Below, piece by piece: positions 45,501-46,739 of a stretch of 46,739 bases of DNA. Each line of letters begins with the position of its first letter. Within the stretch, counting starts at the first letter, position 1. A program made the translations under genes and the position numbers. This DNA is from Paraphysomonas bandaiensis (taxonomy: Eukaryota; Protista; Chrysophyceae): NCBI GenBank assembly GCA_965644295.1, contig CBFFRP010000661.1, positions 1 to 46,739 on the forward strand, given 5' to 3'. Below the pieces are notes generated by a model that made no database searches, was not told where the DNA came from, and saw nothing but the letters and a program-made list of their open reading frames with translations.

Positions 45501-46739
45501 CGTGGACGTGCGGTGTTGAGAGTATTTTCCGGGTGACGTCAAGGGTGTGGAGACGTGGGGACCCCTCCGGGGGAGGTTGGGCGTCGTGCAATTTGTTGGT
45601 GTCGGCGGCCAGGGTGTGGTGCTGTGGGTGATGCTTTGCTGGGGTTGTTTCGGAGGCAGGGGCGCCGGGGGGGCGGTGTTCCCAGTGCTGAGTTCTGTTG
45701 GACTGGGGGGTCGGTATAGTTGTGGGCACAGAAATGCTGCTTCGAGATCAAGAAGTGCGTTGTCTAGTTCTGCTGCTAGCCCTCTGGGGTTAAGGTGGTA
45801 GTAGTGGGCGTCGTGCAGAACAAGATGAGGTCGGTCGTCGGTGATGGCATCTCTCAGTTCGTCGGATGTCCAGGCGGGGCTGTGAGTGATTGGTGCGTCG
45901 GGGATTCCGACGATTGTGATGTTGTCACCGTCTGCTGTCCATGTGGTGACTGGGCCAATGTAGGAGGATAGAATGTGTAGCTCGCGGACGGAGAGCCAGT
46001 GTTGAATGTCTTGTGGAGTAGTGTATGTGGGGGAATGCTTGACTGTAAGGGAGTGTATGGCGTGCGCAGTTTTGCTAAGGATGGTTGGCGTGCAGTGTGG
46101 ACTGTCTAGTGCTGCGGTCCGAATTTGGCCAAGCCAGTGGCCTAAGTGTAGTCGATGCTCTGGTTTCTGGAGATCCAAATTCCAGTGATTGGCTGTGTGT
46201 CTCATTCCCACGCAGAGCGTGTGCAGTCGGTAAAGTGTTCCGTATGCGCAGTACCCGTTTGCGGGTATGCGGTGAGCTGCCTGGACGGACGCGGTAGTTA
46301 CGTGTACACGTAACACACGCCCAGCTGTCTGGATGGCTGTTCGTGGGGAGTTGTGTGTGCCCGGTTCAACTAGGCGCGCGGTTATGGCTCTGGCACCCCG
46401 CTGTGTGGTGCTAAGGGTGAGGTGGCCCGCGGGTATCGTTAGTGACGTGGGCGTTGGCAGGGCTGCTTGGGGTTGATGCTCCTTTCTAGGGTGTGGCTGT
46501 GGGGTCCTCTGTGCTGCGTGATGGATGAAGTGAGAGAGTGCCGATTTGGCTCTGCAGTGCGCCTCGTCGAGCTTGGATTCGATGTCCGGTATTCGTAGGA
46601 GGAAGTAATGTTTGTTGGTAACAGCAACGTTGTGTGTGGTCGCAGCCTTGGGGTCGTGGTTGTGGTGATTGTGTAGCATTACCCAGCCGCGAGATAAGGA
46701 GCCTGGGATTTCTCTCCATAGTCGGAAGTTGGTACGAAG
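39537..46739 (-). CDS. LINE polyprotein: OTU-like, SET, APE endonuclease, RT, RNase H, Zn finger
   Basis: APE TWNVNG, YLPP, GDFN, SRIDHI, DHRPV; RT KAPGP, LRPIGLL, QHGYR, DFQKAFDSI, GVTQG, YADD, KYLGV; RH FTDGS..YE..TDC..WVRSH..ADAAA; CxxC..H..C. The frame stays open upstream of the ATG at 46679 to the window edge. Confidence 0.96.
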   Translation of the reverse strand, partial: LRTNFRLWREIPGSLSRGWVMLHNHHNHDPKAATTHNVAVTNKHYFLLRIPDIESKLDEAHCRAKSALSHFIHHAAQRTPQPHPRKEHQPQAALPTPTSLTIPAGHLTLSTTQRGARAITARLVEPGTHNSPRTAIQTAGRVLRVHVTTASVQAAHRIPANGYCAYGTLYRLHTLCVGMRHTANHWNLDLQKPEHRLHLGHWLGQIRTAALDSPHCTPTILSKTAHAIHSLTVKHSPTYTTPQDIQHWLSVRELHILSSYIGPVTTWTADGDNITIVGIPDAPITHSPAWTSDELRDAITDDRPHLVLHDAHYYHLNPRGLAAELDNALLDLEAAFLCPQLYRPPSPTELSTGNTAPPAPLPPKQPQQSITHSTTPWPPTPTNCTTPNLPRRGPHVSTPLTSPGKYSQHRTSTTAGSSPPDAPPRIPHLRDVPGARRAKGKKARNPTPVPTRKQPARTARTTSSYAEDPDEVQTHAIYRPRATFNTLLQTAHPPLPLTWDTTLRYKVLVGTADTVTKGNALYAGEPIPAHTIISEYTGHRLPITEARSTGYTSDYLVQDAKGTFAIDARDKRSKSILCAAGYINDPLQARAANVEFHTKKDKIYIRTTRNIATHEELLVHYGYRYWQHPKWPLEILLQAREAYADDVEFCTQEWQDLIASKQSHAQATPKPPEPNHSLVSCTTTFIFSTWNVNGNPSNNPGKIEAILHYIRTHQIDCLYLLDVRLSQNQALYLADYIQDQIPGALVCNFLNSTRKQGPNDPHMGGTIAVISEAWKGRVRHTGSDCTGLGLISRIEFHTGRPNREERFTTIGVYLPPKPATDGPCTLWASLKAFGKNAHRNGATGPYDILTNILSKWITKARANNHTVLVGGDFNATLEGQTGKRDLRGLARSLQLTAPLIQTLDQEAPYHTFYWKDRGISRIDHILHSPLPTHFHNTRNGCHTSDAIAAAPFDHRPVWIQVDISGTGPTLPKERHRQIPPRLNINPADHDMVEEFQTHLHKHHHKLSTLPTHPHPAENAAIKLALLHRITLEAAHDTRHADRTKKNGIHAKCQRKRSRFKDGFSAEMRVLQMALHLIVYLKRKLFTRSGHLHPRVTDAYLYSIVRRGICRWERTTAALDRSSEDHDRPPTAIIRAAIDPRQMLTWTTTNVTGKAFDNLRDSLMRMLHGRARAEMRKRMTTRTHALQAQLETQQIRKILQSIGLKRKQTPALTRLTLEDGATITIPSEIQEALNKHFTAHHAFPKGMDPTAHRLHYDDNWWRELTAGENLHNPLHPNSAIPIQHHSGLRKLCKTKVGSSTSAKIQEALRQQISIHEFHSTLDNMAKDKAPGPSMVTTNMIKSWTPQVKIEVLGLLQTLWTHRHIPHWWKDRVMTPLLKKPGNTSLKNLRPIGLLEVLRKLMTRIITHRLLQIWEDDDVLHPAQHGYRWRHGTDTAILRVLAATELAKLTGNAKLCTFWDFQKAFDSIAPNLLKLAWARLGVPEDTIRWLSELDSEGRTYIWTPHMADHIDPKTLEELSQSDGSFLQHPDMGFSANRGVTQGGTESTVAWIVIFDMILCWSDLKDDSQDKAYADDLSQITNSIATAQMKADRLSSFCAFTGMQLAIAKTECIAIGSPFEVEAMLDTEPTITIRDWNWNPHTIPIRATTVPTKYLGVLLPFSSKDTDSHAWCVDYVTTSATHLRYKCASPDCKLLVLNTQVLPTLLYKATKASWTYDRYLDIDKLLARAARKVLRLPPGYPTALIYLPTKYKGLGLRKFSTWAQTQKWHTLQRAITLGGEPKRAAISILKRHDHNRPDIDLYITSLVQWGHQLGIRLQPPSPATPQFRETIDKVQTQLQLHNNHPHDFQAIFTDGSFTRTNLSPAHLLGDAHVQHATHYGGAAIVWLPPKTNWSTGITKILRLTAPEHTLPGITPYTYETLAMSAALTFSKLISPTVPMCTDCQAVQTRTTEALSRRRRALGTKPQGIFYECLATGNHRQRPIRWVRSHPERRTQDRNNWTYNDYGIYIADAAASGEWSAIDKILGGTNYSVVTTEITHLIDEFLTAGQWQWRRYDKFLHTDCGPMLGDVTELQHQWDLHQYILTRDGTYPASASRDSQYWTRSGTRLPHKLHPLKPNNSPNCYVPFHDRIRETAYVWDKSYAMGRNRAKGKHGDELTTAAKCTDCDHNLDNMAHMLLHCPHPEIAQLREHAFHTQQTQLTKLHGQRQPIPWFQTALQRLARAAWDPTTPQVERYWTGQLTASQLANAFGHNISTTLHDHQFHKLEKSVTKVLLPLYNGGINMLKNRGCRFHSNDATAMTPTSTHASSQQCHTNPTTNPTILQLLKATSTPRAVPHTRPRPQRKPANPIRRQTTLISDRTATTTSTPKPSANTHPQNGTSPPTPRLACGYGPPDTLPKGRPPD
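44862..45225 (-). other. SET domain in the LINE ORF, upstream of APE
   Basis: KGNALYAGEPI...IISEYTG...DY...IDAR...GYINDPL...TTRNIATHEELLVHYGYRYW. Confidence 0.88.
45795..46275 (-). other. OTU-like cysteine protease domain in the LINE ORF
   Basis: Cys box RIPANGYCAYGTL, WLS..EL helix and His box LVLHDAHYY, with OTU-like spacing. Confidence 0.65.

Larger units (their letters stand above)
39422..46739 (-). mobile_element. Apparently intact non-LTR retrotransposon (LINE, APE plus RNase H type); 5' end lies outside the window
   Basis: One uninterrupted ORF plus a short 3' UTR, inserted in family B pol. Confidence 0.95.

Noticed and set aside
39556-46297. Numerous short antisense or overlapping ORFs over the LINE and Gypsy ORFs
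   Set aside because: Shadow ORFs caused by codon and strand bias.

Overview
Eukaryotic, repeat-saturated (heterochromatin-like) window with no recognisable host gene. It is a nest of at least ten transposon insertions. (A) A full-length Ty3/Gypsy element (4816-16404, identical 525-bp LTRs, tRNA-type PBS) sits inside a 14-bp AT-rich satellite, and its Pol carries a SET methyltransferase domain between RNase H and integrase. (B-E) Four related Gypsy families, two with visible chromodomain integrases; the three whose 5' ends are visible have a palindrome instead of a tRNA PBS, and two show a CCCH finger in Gag and a single in-frame TGA between gag and pol. An apparently intact LINE (39537 to window end) has one ORF of more than 2,380 aa encoding OTU-like protease, SET, APE endonuclease, RT and RNase H; a degenerate relative lies at about 17-19.3 kb. 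Also present: a TA-flanked TIR element, two copies of an unclassified unit (hairpin tandem array plus Zn-finger gene), and a Tudor-like insert that shares a terminal hairpin with one of them. The main finding is that two unrelated retrotransposon classes carry the same unusual 'NDPL'-type SET domain, surrounded by elements carrying chromo- and Tudor-like readers. All domain calls come from motif reading by eye, not database searches.
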